Shown piece after piece: positions 30,793-40,801 of a DNA stretch of 64,000 bases (positions are counted from its first letter, which is position 1; every line of letters begins with the position of its first letter). The DNA is from Planctomycetota bacterium (GTDB lineage Bacteria; Planctomycetota; UBA8108; SXIK01): contig CBDCXR010000004.1 of the NCBI GenBank assembly GCA_965223845.1, positions 3,232,001-3,296,000 on the forward strand. Reading direction: 5' to 3'. The translations under genes and the position numbers were made by a program. The notes under the pieces are model-generated. The model made no database searches and was not told where the DNA came from. It saw only the letters and a program-made list of their open reading frames with translations.

Positions 30793-31809
30793 ATGGCGCG
30801 GCTCGGAATTCTCGTCGGAGGGCTCGCCATCGCCGCTGCGATCGTCATCGCTGCGAGCGCGTTCGTCGTGCGCGAAACGGAACAGATCATCGTCACCGAG
30901 TTCGGCGAGCCCGTGGGGGAAGCGATTACCGAAGCGGGACTTCACTGGAAAGTTCCGTTCATTCAGAAGGTCAATCGCTTCGAGAAGCGCCTCCTCGCGT
31001 TCGACGGCGCCCCGGAGCAGATCCCGACAAAAGACAAGAAATACATCTTCATCGATACGTTTGCGCGCTGGCGCATCGCCGATCCACTCGAGTTCTTTCG
31101 CGCGGTGCGGGACGAGCGCGGCGCTCAGGCTCGTCTCGATGACATTCTCGACGCCGCGGCGCGAAACGCGATCTCGGGGAATCCACTCATCGAGGCGGTC
31201 CGAAACACCGACCGCGAACTCGAAATGGAGGAGCTCCCCCACGGAGACCTCGACCCGGACGCACCTGCCGTCGCGCCGACTGCGCCCGCGCTCGCACGAG
31301 GCGTCGAAAGCGAGGCGCCGGTAGTCCGTGGCCGCATCGCCATCACGCGGGAGATCTTCGACAAAGCCCGCGAGAAGGTCGCGACCTACGGGATCGAGCT
31401 CGTCGACGTTCGCATCAAACGCATCAACTACGTGAAGGAAGTCCGTGACCGGGTGTACACGCGAATGATCTCGGAGCGCGAGCAGATCGCCGAGAAGTAT
31501 CGTTCCGAAGGGAAGCAGTTTCTCCTCGGGTTCACCGGCAAGATCGGTCGCGAAAAGGATCGACTCCTCTCCGAGGCCTACGCGAAGGCCGAGCGCATCA
31601 AGGCCGAAGGCGATGCGGAGGCGGCGCGCATCTACGCCGAGACATACAATCGGGACTCCGAGTTCTTCCTCTTCTGGCGCACCCTCCAGTTCTATCGGGA
31701 GAACCTGGGCAACAACACAACGCTCGTCCTCGGCACCGACACGGATCTCTTCCGCTATCTAGTGAACGCGAATCTCCTGTCGGAGCCACCCGCAGTCGGC
31801 GGGAAGTAG
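30793..31809 (+). CDS. hflC: FtsH protease modulator HflC
   Basis: IVTEFGEP, GLHWKVPFIQ, DTFARWRIADP, GIELVDVRIKRI, RMISER, GDAEAARIYA; follows hflK. Confidence 0.93.
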   Translation: MARLGILVGGLAIAAAIVIAASAFVVRETEQIIVTEFGEPVGEAITEAGLHWKVPFIQKVNRFEKRLLAFDGAPEQIPTKDKKYIFIDTFARWRIADPLEFFRAVRDERGAQARLDDILDAAARNAISGNPLIEAVRNTDRELEMEELPHGDLDPDAPAVAPTAPALARGVESEAPVVRGRIAITREIFDKAREKVATYGIELVDVRIKRINYVKEVRDRVYTRMISEREQIAEKYRSEGKQFLLGFTGKIGREKDRLLSEAYAKAERIKAEGDAEAARIYAETYNRDSEFFLFWRTLQFYRENLGNNTTLVLGTDTDLFRYLVNANLLSEPPAVGGK

Positions 31810-31847
31810 GGAATGCCCGACGGGCTCGCGGAGTCTCCGCTCGGTAG

Positions 31848-33311
31848 TCAGATCAGTTCCGCGATGGGCTGCCCCTCGGGGACGATCGGATGCGGTCGCC
31901 CCCGGGTGTCCGTGTAAGTGGCGTCGAGCGGAACGCCGAAATGGTGGTAGATCGTCGCGGCGAGGTCTCCCGGGGTGACCGGCCGCTCCTTGATGTGACC
32001 GCCATCGCGCTCCGTCGCTCCGATCACCTGCCCGTGACGGAGTCCGCCGCCGGCGAGACACATCGACATCACCTCCGGCCAGTGGTTTCGGCCGTCGGTG
32101 CTCCCTTGCGTCCCGATCATCGGCGTCCGCCCGAATTCACCCATCGCGATGACGAGTACATCGTTCAGCATTCCGCGCTCGTCGAGGTCGCTAACGAGTG
32201 TCGTGAGCAGATGATCGAAGAGCGGAAGAAGGGGCGTAAGCCCCTTTCGGATTCCGCCGTAAGGCGGGATGTTGTCGCCGTGCGTGTCCCACGTACCCGA
32301 AGCGCCGTGGTAGCTGAGGTCGATCGTGACAAACGCCGCTCCCGCTTCGACAAGGCGACGCGCGAGCAGCGCCTCTTGGCACCACAAGTGCGTGCCGAAG
32401 CGTTCACGAACGGCTTCGGGTTCTCGCGCGAGATCGAACGCCTCGCGCGCGCGAGACCCCGACACCATCTCGACCGCTCGCTTCTGGTAGGTATCGAGCG
32501 CAGCGATCGAACCGTCGACATCGAGATCGCGCCGCATGCGATCGAAGTCGTCGAGGAGCGTTCGGCGGCGGTGCACGCGACCGAGAGTCAGTCCCGGCGG
32601 CAAGCCGAATAGACGCGCGCCCGTTCTTCGCCCGGTGTCGACGCCGACGTTCGTGTAGATCGGAAGATCCGCCGCGTGCTGAGCTATGAACGGATCGTAC
32701 TCTTGACCGAGGTAGCCACCGTGCGCGATGTGAGACCGCGATGTCATGAAGGCGACATAAGGTGGCATCGCCGGTCGATTCGCGCCGTGGTGCCGCGCGA
32801 CAATCGACGCGATCGCGGGGAATTTGTCGCCATTTGGATTGATGCGCGGAGCCGCCCGGCGATCGCCCGTTTGAAACACCTTGTTCGGCTCGTGATTGCT
32901 CTTTCGTGCGTCGACGCTTCGAATGATCGTCAGCTTGTCGAGCATCGCGGCCTGCTTCGGCAGATGCTCGCACAGGACGACACCCGGGAGCCTCGTTCGG
33001 ATCACTCCGAACGGACCGCGGTTCTCGTAGGGTCGATCGGGCTTCGGATCCCAGGTGTCGATGTGACTCGGTCCGCCGGCCATCCACAGAAGGATGACAC
33101 TCTTCCCCGAAGGCGCTCGGGCGTTGCTCGGCGCGCTCCCAGCGCGCAGCTCGAGGAGGCGGGGCAGCGTGAGGCTACCGACACCCGCGAGACCGACCTT
33201 CATCATCCCGCGGCGGCTGACGACGGTCAGGCCTTCGTGAGCGCGCGCGTTCAAGTCGGTGAACGCGTGCGCGCCGTGTCCGGCGTGCGAGTTCGGGTGA
33301 AGCGTGTTCAC
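31848..33311 (-). CDS. DUF1501 domain protein
   Basis: GTG33311 after GGGGAGG; SRRGMM leader; ILLWMAGGPSHIDTWDPKP, LLARRLVEAG, WDTH, GEFGRTP, GRNHWP. Confidence 0.93.
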   Translation of the reverse strand: MNTLHPNSHAGHGAHAFTDLNARAHEGLTVVSRRGMMKVGLAGVGSLTLPRLLELRAGSAPSNARAPSGKSVILLWMAGGPSHIDTWDPKPDRPYENRGPFGVIRTRLPGVVLCEHLPKQAAMLDKLTIIRSVDARKSNHEPNKVFQTGDRRAAPRINPNGDKFPAIASIVARHHGANRPAMPPYVAFMTSRSHIAHGGYLGQEYDPFIAQHAADLPIYTNVGVDTGRRTGARLFGLPPGLTLGRVHRRRTLLDDFDRMRRDLDVDGSIAALDTYQKRAVEMVSGSRAREAFDLAREPEAVRERFGTHLWCQEALLARRLVEAGAAFVTIDLSYHGASGTWDTHGDNIPPYGGIRKGLTPLLPLFDHLLTTLVSDLDERGMLNDVLVIAMGEFGRTPMIGTQGSTDGRNHWPEVMSMCLAGGGLRHGQVIGATERDGGHIKERPVTPGDLAATIYHHFGVPLDATYTDTRGRPHPIVPEGQPIAELI

Positions 33312-33471
33312 GGAACGGATCTCCTCCCCTGAGATGAAGGACACTCGCCGGCTCCCATACCACCACGACCGCCGGTGGATTCCCAGCGCAACTCTCCGGT
33401 TCGGGACGGTATCCACCTCGGAGCGCGCCACCCGTCCTCGCGAATTTCGCCGGCGAACGATAGAAAATCTT

Positions 33472-33497
33472 GGAAACGCGCCGGTACGGCTGGCGAC
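33472..33497 (+). promoter_or_regulatory. Candidate ECF-type promoter (GGAAAC-N16-CGAC)
   Basis: GGAAAC 33472-33477, 16-nt spacer, CGAC 33494-33497, preceded by an A-rich tract, about 65 nt before ATG33563. Confidence 0.4.
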
Positions 33498-33562
33498 ATT
33501 TGGGGAAAGCCCGTACTGCGATCTCGCGCACTCGCCTCCTCCACCCTTCCGGAGCTCCGCTC

Positions 33563-34399
33563 ATGAATCGTGACGCGATCCTCTTCGGCCTCTCCTCGGC
33601 GATCTCGATCGCCGCGCTCGTCATCGCCCTTGCCGCCTGGAACGCGAGCTCGAGCCGATCTCCTTCAACCGAGATTCCGCAGATCCGAGCGGCGATGGAA
33701 ACAGCCGAAGAGAGCGCCGCCGGACTCCGCGCGCGGCTCGAGGAAGCCGAACGACACCTCAGCGAAGTTTCACAGCGGGTCGAGCAGCTTCGACTCGCGT
33801 CGACGACGCAGGCGGACGGATCGCCGAGCGGCGCCGACGGCGACCTCCCGCCGGAAGCGGTCGCGAAATTCGTCGCACGAGTCGAGGAGCTCGAAACCAA
33901 ATTCGACGAGATCCAGCAGCACGTCGACGAATCGCGCCAAGATTCCGAATCCGCTCCCGCGGCGGTCGCGCTCCTCGCGGATTTGCAGGCGACGGCGCTC
34001 GATCGCGAGCTGAGCGCGAACGCGCGACTCGAGTCGCTCCGACAATTGCGGTTTCGTCCGGGCGGACGCAGTCACGACGTCACGCTCTCCATGATCGAGC
34101 TCATTCAGGACCCCGAACTCGACTCCCGCCTTCGCGCGGACATCATCCGGCAGATGGACGGCGTCGACTTCGACGAGCTGAAGCAGCCGCTTCTCGATCT
34201 ACTCCGGAACGACACGCACGCCGAGACGAGGTCCGAAGCAATCGAGACGCTTCAAGTGTTCTACGAAGACGCGGTCGTGTACGAGGAGATCGCGCGGATT
34301 CGCGACAGCGAGACCGAGGACCTGCGGGTTCGCACGGAGGCGCAAGAGCGCCTGCGCAGATTCGACTCCGCGCGCGGGCAGTTGAGTGGCGACCGCTGA
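33563..34399 (+). CDS. Membrane-anchored coiled-coil/HEAT-repeat protein (paralogue of 2934..3806)
   Basis: GGAG before ATG33563; TM, heptads (LRARLEEAERHL), HEAT-like LLDLLRNDTHAETRSEAIETL. Confidence 0.8.
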   Translation: MNRDAILFGLSSAISIAALVIALAAWNASSSRSPSTEIPQIRAAMETAEESAAGLRARLEEAERHLSEVSQRVEQLRLASTTQADGSPSGADGDLPPEAVAKFVARVEELETKFDEIQQHVDESRQDSESAPAAVALLADLQATALDRELSANARLESLRQLRFRPGGRSHDVTLSMIELIQDPELDSRLRADIIRQMDGVDFDELKQPLLDLLRNDTHAETRSEAIETLQVFYEDAVVYEEIARIRDSETEDLRVRTEAQERLRRFDSARGQLSGDR

Positions 34400-34512
34400 A
34401 CCCCCGCTCTTCGTTCGCTGCGCCGATTCGATCGCGTGACAGCCGAAGACGCGAGATGGTACGGTGGTCCGCAGCTCGGGTGGATTCGAAATCGACGAAG
34501 CGCGGAGCGCGC

Positions 34513-35883
34513 ATGTTTAGTCTTCACTACAGTCGACGGGACGTATTGCGGTCGAGCGTCGGGGTCGCGGGTCTGACGCTTCCGACATTTCTTCATCTTC
34601 GCAGCTCAGCCGAGGCGGCCCGCCCGAAAGCGAACTCTTGCATCGTCCTCTACCTATGGGGTGGCCTCAGTCACTACGAATCGTTCGATCCAAAGCCCGA
34701 GGCTCCATCCGAGCTCCGCGGTGAGTTCGCCGCGATCTCGACGGCGACTCCGGGGATCCAGTTCTGCGAGCACATCCCGCTTCTCGCCAAGCACTCCGAG
34801 AAGCTCGCGATCGTCCGTTCCGTCCATCACACACAGGGCGGCCATCAGCAGGGCATGTACGTAAACATGACCGGCCAAAATCCGCCGGGCGGTGTGCGGG
34901 CGAAGAACCGTTCGAACTGGCCGTCGCTCACGGCGATGATTTCGCGCTTCCGTGACGCGCGACCCGACACGCTTCGGTCGGTGCGCGTGCCGTACTCGAT
35001 GTACGACAACGGCACGCTCATGGCGGGAGATGACGCGGGTTGGCTCGGTCCCGAGCACGATCCGATCCTCCTCCGCACGCCGGCAGGACGTCCGTTCAAG
35101 GGCGTGACGCGCTACAACGAGCGCGAGCTCGATCTCCGTCTCAATCTCTCTCGAACGCGCTTCGCCGCGCGGCGATCGCTTCTCGAGCAGCTCGAGCGTC
35201 GTCTCGAGGGAACCGACGAGTCGACCGCCGTCTCGGAACCCGCGTACGACCGGCTCGATCAGTACCGCAAGATGGCGGCGGACCTCCTTCTCGATTCGGC
35301 AGTGAAGCGTGCTTACGAGTTAGAGAGAGAGGATCCGGCGACGCGTGAGCTCTACGGAGATCACGTCTGCGGTCAGAGTCTCCTTCTCGCACGGCGACTG
35401 ACGGAGGCCGGCGTGCCCGTCGTACAGGTTCTCTGCTCGGCCGGCGACCTCGCCGGCGGCAACGGAGACAATTGGGATACCCACCACACGCACTTTCCGA
35501 GAATGAAGGATCGCCTACTTCCGGTGTTCGATCGATCGGCGTCGGCGCTACTCACGGATCTCGAGCGACGCGGACGACTCGGCGACACTCTCGTCGTCGT
35601 GCTCACCGACTTTGGCCGTACACCGAGAGTGAATCAACGCGGCGGACGCGACCACCATCCAGGCGTATACTCGATCGCCTTAGCCGGCGGCGGAATCCGC
35701 GGCGGGCAGGTCTACGGAAGCAGCGACCGCCACGGGGCGAAGCCGGCGACCGATCCCTGCTCCCCCGGTGATGTTCATGCGACGATCTACCGCGCGCTCG
35801 GCATCTCGCATCGCGCAGAGCTGCACGACTCCCTCGGACGTCCGTACCAAATCTGCAACGGCGATCCCCTTCCGCTCCTTTGA
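34513..35883 (+). CDS. DUF1501 domain protein
   Basis: SRRDVL leader; IVLYLWGGLSHYESFDPKP, LLARRLTEAG, WDTH, DFGRTP, GRDHHP. Confidence 0.93.
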   Translation: MFSLHYSRRDVLRSSVGVAGLTLPTFLHLRSSAEAARPKANSCIVLYLWGGLSHYESFDPKPEAPSELRGEFAAISTATPGIQFCEHIPLLAKHSEKLAIVRSVHHTQGGHQQGMYVNMTGQNPPGGVRAKNRSNWPSLTAMISRFRDARPDTLRSVRVPYSMYDNGTLMAGDDAGWLGPEHDPILLRTPAGRPFKGVTRYNERELDLRLNLSRTRFAARRSLLEQLERRLEGTDESTAVSEPAYDRLDQYRKMAADLLLDSAVKRAYELEREDPATRELYGDHVCGQSLLLARRLTEAGVPVVQVLCSAGDLAGGNGDNWDTHHTHFPRMKDRLLPVFDRSASALLTDLERRGRLGDTLVVVLTDFGRTPRVNQRGGRDHHPGVYSIALAGGGIRGGQVYGSSDRHGAKPATDPCSPGDVHATIYRALGISHRAELHDSLGRPYQICNGDPLPLL

Positions 35884-35926
35884 GCCGGAATCGTTCCCGC
35901 CGCAAACTCGATCGCCGAGTGAGCGT

Positions 35927-37300
35927 ATGAGCGAATCCCCGAGAACGAAGACCGGCGGCCTCCGCCGGCGGCGATTTCTGGCAACTTGCGCGGCTCTCGG
36001 TGCCGGCGCGACGGCCCGTCCGTTTGCGCTCGGGGCGGAGGCGAATCGAAACAGTAAGCTCCGCGTCCTCCAAATCGGGGCCGGAGGAATCGGCGAGCTG
36101 GATCGCCGACAGCTCAAACGACATCCCAAGGTCGAGTTCGCCGGATTCTGTGACGTCGATCGGACGGCCCTCGCCCGCGTCGGCGCTGAACATCCTTCGG
36201 CATTCACGCTCGTCGACTATCGCGATGCGTTCGCTCACCATCTCGAGCGCTTCGACGCGGTCATCGTCGACACGCCGGACTTTCATCACGCGCCGATGAT
36301 GATGACGGCGCTCAAGCACCGAAAGCACGTCTACGGGCAAAAGCCGCTCGTTCACCAGCTCGATGAGCTCCGCGTTCTCGGCGCCGCGGTGCGTCAGCGC
36401 CCCGAGGTGGTCACGCAGATGGGCAATCAACGCGCGAGCGTGACGGGACGCATGCAGGCCGTCGAGATGCTCCGACGAAACCAACTCGGACGCCCGATCG
36501 CCGCGTACGTCTGGACCGGCATGGTCGAGCGGAGCTCGCACTTCGCAGCTCCGTGGAGCTCGGTGCCGGAGGCCCAGCCGATCCCACCAGGGCTCGCGTG
36601 GAATCTCTGGAACGGGCCACTCACCGAGCCGTTTCCGTTCAGCGACGAGCTCGCACCGAAGCGTTGGCGAGCCTTCTGGGCGACCGGAGGCGGGCAGCTC
36701 GCGGATTGGGGATGCCATCTTATCGACGCGCTCTACTTCGCCTACGACCTGCCGTCGCCCGTCGCCGTTCAGACGAACACGATCCGACCGTCGGGCACGG
36801 GACACTCGGCGTACAACCAGAGCACGATCACGTATCCGGGCGGCGAGCGGTTCGCCGGGAAGACGTTCGCCCTGTTCTACAACGACAGCCGAATTCGGCC
36901 GTCGTTCGCATCGCTCGGATTGCCGCCCCAGCGACCCGGCGAGAATCAGACTCTCGTCGTGTGCGAAGAGGGCGCACTTCTCCTCGGTGATCTCGGCAAG
37001 ATCGAGGTCTTTCGCGGCGGCCGACTGGCGAAGGACGAACCGCTTCCCGACGTCGAGCCGTGTGACCACTGGATCGACTGGGTCGATCGCTGCCTGGGCG
37101 CGACGAAGCCCGTCTGGTCGCCGTTTTCGACGTCCCTCCGCATCACCGAGCCCTGCCTTCTCGCGGTGAAGGCGACGCGGTTCCCGGGGGAAGAGCTGCT
37201 GTGGGACGGCGCGAGCTTTCGGTTTCGAAATCACGACGGAGCCAATCGGGAGCTCCTCCGGCGCGACTACCGCGACGGATTCGCGCCGCCCGCCGTGTGA
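35927..37300 (+). CDS. Gfo/Idh/MocA family oxidoreductase (Tat leader)
   Basis: RRRRFL leader; IGAGGIG, DTPDFHH, HVYGQKPL, TQMGNQ, LADWGCH. Confidence 0.93.
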   Translation: MSESPRTKTGGLRRRRFLATCAALGAGATARPFALGAEANRNSKLRVLQIGAGGIGELDRRQLKRHPKVEFAGFCDVDRTALARVGAEHPSAFTLVDYRDAFAHHLERFDAVIVDTPDFHHAPMMMTALKHRKHVYGQKPLVHQLDELRVLGAAVRQRPEVVTQMGNQRASVTGRMQAVEMLRRNQLGRPIAAYVWTGMVERSSHFAAPWSSVPEAQPIPPGLAWNLWNGPLTEPFPFSDELAPKRWRAFWATGGGQLADWGCHLIDALYFAYDLPSPVAVQTNTIRPSGTGHSAYNQSTITYPGGERFAGKTFALFYNDSRIRPSFASLGLPPQRPGENQTLVVCEEGALLLGDLGKIEVFRGGRLAKDEPLPDVEPCDHWIDWVDRCLGATKPVWSPFSTSLRITEPCLLAVKATRFPGEELLWDGASFRFRNHDGANRELLRRDYRDGFAPPAV

Positions 37301-37321
37301 CGCTTCCAGTCTCGCCGCTGC

Positions 37322-37723
37322 TCAGCGCTTCCAGAAAGTGAGCAGGTTTCCCGACGGGTCGACGATGTTCATGTCCGTTCCCTCACCCGTTCCCCGGGGA
37401 TCCACGAGCGCCGGCCGCTCGCCCTCCGTCACCTTCGCCGAGAGGTGCTCGCAGTAGCGCTCGATTCCGTGCACGGGAATTCGCACTTCGGAGATCGGGG
37501 CGCCTTCGTCGGCGTGGCCGTTCAGATGGAGGACTGCGTCGCCCTGGCGGATCTGCATGTAGAGCGGTGAATCGTCGGTGAATCGATGCTCCCAATCGAT
37601 CGCAAACCCGAGAAAGTCGACGTAGAACGCCCGCGCTTTCGCTTCGTCGAGCATTCGCACGACGGGGATCGACGATCCGATGTGAAACGCGCTTGAGGTG
37701 GGATCGACGGCTTCGGCGGACAT
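37322..37723 (-). CDS. Glyoxalase/bleomycin-resistance (VOC) family protein
   Basis: IPVVRM, AFYVDFLGFAIDWEHRF, PLYMQI, DPSGNLL; AGAGG before ATG37723. Confidence 0.9.
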   Translation of the reverse strand: MSAEAVDPTSSAFHIGSSIPVVRMLDEAKARAFYVDFLGFAIDWEHRFTDDSPLYMQIRQGDAVLHLNGHADEGAPISEVRIPVHGIERYCEHLSAKVTEGERPALVDPRGTGEGTDMNIVDPSGNLLTFWKR

Positions 37724-38028
37724 GTTTCCTCTTTCGCGGGGTTCGTCGCGCATCGCAATCGCTGCCAGATGTAGGCGATTCGAACGAACGGCATCTTACC
37801 CGCAACCCTCACCCGATCCGATCCGCGAAGCTGCGACCCGACTCACGGCGAGAACCGATGAGGAGACGACGCCGCGGCGGTCGGAGTCTGGTGAGCAATC
37901 TCGCGGTAGCTCATGAAACCGATCGGCGAAAAGCACGGGTAGCGACGCGGTCGTCCACGGGAGAGAATGCTCGAGGTCGCGACGTGAGCACGTCGACGCG
38001 TTCTCCCAGCTCGAAGGAAGGGTATCTC

Positions 38029-40248
38029 ATGAAACTCACCCGCGAGAGGATGGGTGCGCGGCGCCAGCCGAGTCACGCCGCGCCCATTCGTGCTTTCGTT
38101 CTCTGCTCGGTCGCGCTCGCTGGAGCGAGAGGACCGGCCGGCGCATCGGGGACGGAGGCCTGGTCGGCGCTTCCGAACATGCCAGTGCCGCGCTGGGAAG
38201 CCGGGACGGTCGTTCTCGACGACCGCCTCTACGTGTTCGGGGGCTACACGGTCGGCACCCGATCGAGCAGGCGAGCGGACGTGTTCGATCCGGTCGAGCA
38301 GAGCTGGACAAAGCTCGCCGATCTCCCGAGCGCGATCACTCACATGAACACCGTGCTCGACGGGCGCTTGATCTGGTTCGCCGGCGGATTCAAAGACGGA
38401 TACAAGGGGCACGCGATCACCGAGGTTTGGCGATACGACGTCGACGAAGACGCGTACACCGCCGCGCCTCCGCTCCCCGAGCCGCGAGCCGGAGGAGGTC
38501 TCGCTCTCGTCGGGCGCCGGCTTCACTACATCGGCGGTCTTCTACCCGACCGTCTCACCGATGCCCCCGACCACTGGGTACTCGACCTCGATGAGGTCGC
38601 GACGGGAGCGGGGTCGTGGAAAGCCGCTCCGCCGCTCCCCGAACCGCGCAATCAGTTCGGGACGGTGAGCGTCGACGGGAAGATCTACGCCATGGGAGGT
38701 CAGTTCGGTCACGATCGCGGTCAGATCGATCAGGCGCGAGTCGACGTGTACGATCCGTCGACCCAACGTTGGACGCGGGCGGCCGACCTTCCGAAGGGAC
38801 ACTCTCATGCCGAAGGGAGCACGTTCGTCCACGGCGGGACGATCTACATGATGGGAGGCATGACTCGCGTCGGGCGGACGCGCCGAATCGACGACGCCAT
38901 CTGGTCGCTATCGCCAGGGGGAACGTGGGAGATCCTCGGTACCCTGCCGCGTGCCCTCTCGTCGCCCGCGGCCGCGATCATCGGCGATCGACTCTTCGTC
39001 GCCGGAGGCTCACTCGATGGTCGCGATCCGCAGCCCGGGATGTGGGTTCGTTCTGCGCCTGGAAACTCGGTCGGGACGGAGCGGTGGCCGGGTTGGCTCG
39101 GTCCGGATCGAAACGGCTGGGTGAGCGGGTTTCAGCCCCCCGCGTCTTGGCCGGATCGTCTCGAAGAGCGATGGCGAGTGACGGTCGGTGCGGGCTACGG
39201 CTCGCCGCTCGTTTCGGACGGAAGAGTGTACCAACACGCTCGCCAAGAGAACGAAGAGGTCGTCTGGTGCCTCCGCCTCGAGTCAGGCGACGTCGAGTGG
39301 CGGAAGAGCTACCTCGCCCCGTTCAAGATGGGAGGGGGCGGAGAGCGTCACGGGAAGGGACCCAAGTCTTGTCCGGTGCTCGCCGACGGCCGGCTCTTTA
39401 CGCTCAGTATCACCGGAGTCCTCACCGCTTGGGACGCCGGTTCGGGCGAGCGACTCTGGCGGCGCGACTACGGCCCTCGGTTCAAGAGCGCCCACCCTTA
39501 CTGGGGAGTCGCGACGTCGCCGATCGTCGACGGCGACCGCGTCATCGTCCATCTCGGAACGGATGACGAGGGCGCGCTCGTCGCGTTCGACGTCGAGAGC
39601 GGAAACGAAGTCTGGCGGCAGGGCAAGGACGGCGCCTCGTACTCGTCCCCACTCGTCGTCGAGCTCCACGGAGTTCGCCAGATCGTCGAGTGGAACCACC
39701 GCGCGCTCGCCGGGGTCGAGACGAGTTCCGGGCGCCTCCTCTGGGAGTTCGAGTTTCCGCACGTCGGCAACAATCAGAACATGCCGACGCCGGCCGTTCA
39801 CCGCGGGCGAGTGCTCGTCGGCGGAGAGAACCGGGGCGTTCACAGTATCGAACCGCGTCTCGAGAACGGTGTGTGGACCGCGACTCGCCGCTGGAGTCAA
39901 AAGAACGTCGCACTCGACATGAGCTCGGCCGTCGTCAATGACGACCTACTCTTCGGCTTCTCGCACTACCGTCGCGGACAACTGTTCTGTCTCGATCCCG
40001 AGACGGGCGACATCCGATGGCAGGGTCCGGGGCGAACCGGCGAGAACGTGATGTTTCTCGCGTTCCCCGGTCACGTCGCCGCGCTTCTCGACGGCGGCGA
40101 GCTCCGCGTGATTCGAGCGAGCGGCGACCAGCTCGAGACGGTGGCTTCCTATCGCGTCTCGGAGAATCCGACTTGGGCGCCTCCCGTCATTTTGCGCGGC
40201 GGCGTTCTCGTCAAAGACACCGAGACCCTGACCTATTGGTCGTGGTAG
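38029..40248 (+). CDS. Kelch-repeat plus PQQ-like (BamB-type) double beta-propeller protein
   Basis: Kelch repeats (LYVFGG, IWFAGG, LHYIGG, IYAMGG, IYMMGG, LFVAGG), then WPGWLGPDRNG, YGSP, ATSP, YSSP, TWAPP. Confidence 0.88.
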   Translation: MKLTRERMGARRQPSHAAPIRAFVLCSVALAGARGPAGASGTEAWSALPNMPVPRWEAGTVVLDDRLYVFGGYTVGTRSSRRADVFDPVEQSWTKLADLPSAITHMNTVLDGRLIWFAGGFKDGYKGHAITEVWRYDVDEDAYTAAPPLPEPRAGGGLALVGRRLHYIGGLLPDRLTDAPDHWVLDLDEVATGAGSWKAAPPLPEPRNQFGTVSVDGKIYAMGGQFGHDRGQIDQARVDVYDPSTQRWTRAADLPKGHSHAEGSTFVHGGTIYMMGGMTRVGRTRRIDDAIWSLSPGGTWEILGTLPRALSSPAAAIIGDRLFVAGGSLDGRDPQPGMWVRSAPGNSVGTERWPGWLGPDRNGWVSGFQPPASWPDRLEERWRVTVGAGYGSPLVSDGRVYQHARQENEEVVWCLRLESGDVEWRKSYLAPFKMGGGGERHGKGPKSCPVLADGRLFTLSITGVLTAWDAGSGERLWRRDYGPRFKSAHPYWGVATSPIVDGDRVIVHLGTDDEGALVAFDVESGNEVWRQGKDGASYSSPLVVELHGVRQIVEWNHRALAGVETSSGRLLWEFEFPHVGNNQNMPTPAVHRGRVLVGGENRGVHSIEPRLENGVWTATRRWSQKNVALDMSSAVVNDDLLFGFSHYRRGQLFCLDPETGDIRWQGPGRTGENVMFLAFPGHVAALLDGGELRVIRASGDQLETVASYRVSENPTWAPPVILRGGVLVKDTETLTYWSW

Positions 40249-40348
40249 CGACGCTTCCGCTCCGCGGCGTCCCGTGCGAACTAGCGGGTGGGATGTCGCC
40301 GGTCGTGTCCGTCGAACCGGACTCGGCGACGCCTCCCCTCCGCGGCGT
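40248..40348. repeat. Imperfect 23-bp direct repeat in convergent intergenic region
   Basis: GCGACGCTTCCGCTCCGCGGCGT (40248-40270) vs GCGACGCCTCCCCTCCGCGGCGT (40326-40348), 21/23 identical. Confidence 0.6.
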
Positions 40349-40359
40349 AGCGTTCTCGC

Positions 40360-40755
40360 TCAATCGAACGCGAATCCTTCGTCCTTCCATCCCTCCACAC
40401 CGCCGAGCATCTCCTTTACGGGTAAGCCGAGAGAAGCGATTGCCACGGCCGCTTTGTTTGCACCGTTACAGTGTGGACCGGCGCAGTAGACGACGTAGGT
40501 CGATTCGTTCGCGAGGGCCGGAAGCGTCTCGGCGGAGATTCTCCAGTGCGGTAGGTGAATCGCGGTCGGCACGTGCGCCCGTCGATAGAGCTCTTCCGAG
40601 CGAACGTCGAGGAGCACGAAATCGCCGCTGCCACTTTCGATCGCTTCATGCACGTCCCAGCAGTCCGTCTCGAACGAGAGCCGGGCACGAAAGTGAGCGA
40701 GCGCGACATCCGGCTCTGCGGCCGGGATCCGTGTGACATTCGATGGTGCGTTCAT
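40360..40755 (-). CDS. Rhodanese-like domain protein
   Basis: FETDCWDVH, LLDVRS, HVPTAIHLP, VVYCAGPHCNGA, EMLGGVEGW. Confidence 0.93.
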   Translation of the reverse strand: MNAPSNVTRIPAAEPDVALAHFRARLSFETDCWDVHEAIESGSGDFVLLDVRSEELYRRAHVPTAIHLPHWRISAETLPALANESTYVVYCAGPHCNGANKAAVAIASLGLPVKEMLGGVEGWKDEGFAFD

Positions 40756-40801
40756 TCTTCCCTGCCTCGTGGGAATCGACGGGTGAGTCTACGGCAACTC
40801 A

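Noticed and set aside
29651-31809. hflKC without hflX or ftsH
   Set aside because: Stand-alone hflKC pairs are common outside Gammaproteobacteria.
31811-31847. Small hairpins between convergent hflC and DUF1501 (also 13141-13152)
   Set aside because: Stems of 4-5 bp with no U tract are too weak to call terminators in GC-rich DNA.
40248-40348. Possible mini-CRISPR
   Set aside because: Only two imperfect copies, a 55-nt spacer, and no cas genes or AT-rich leader.
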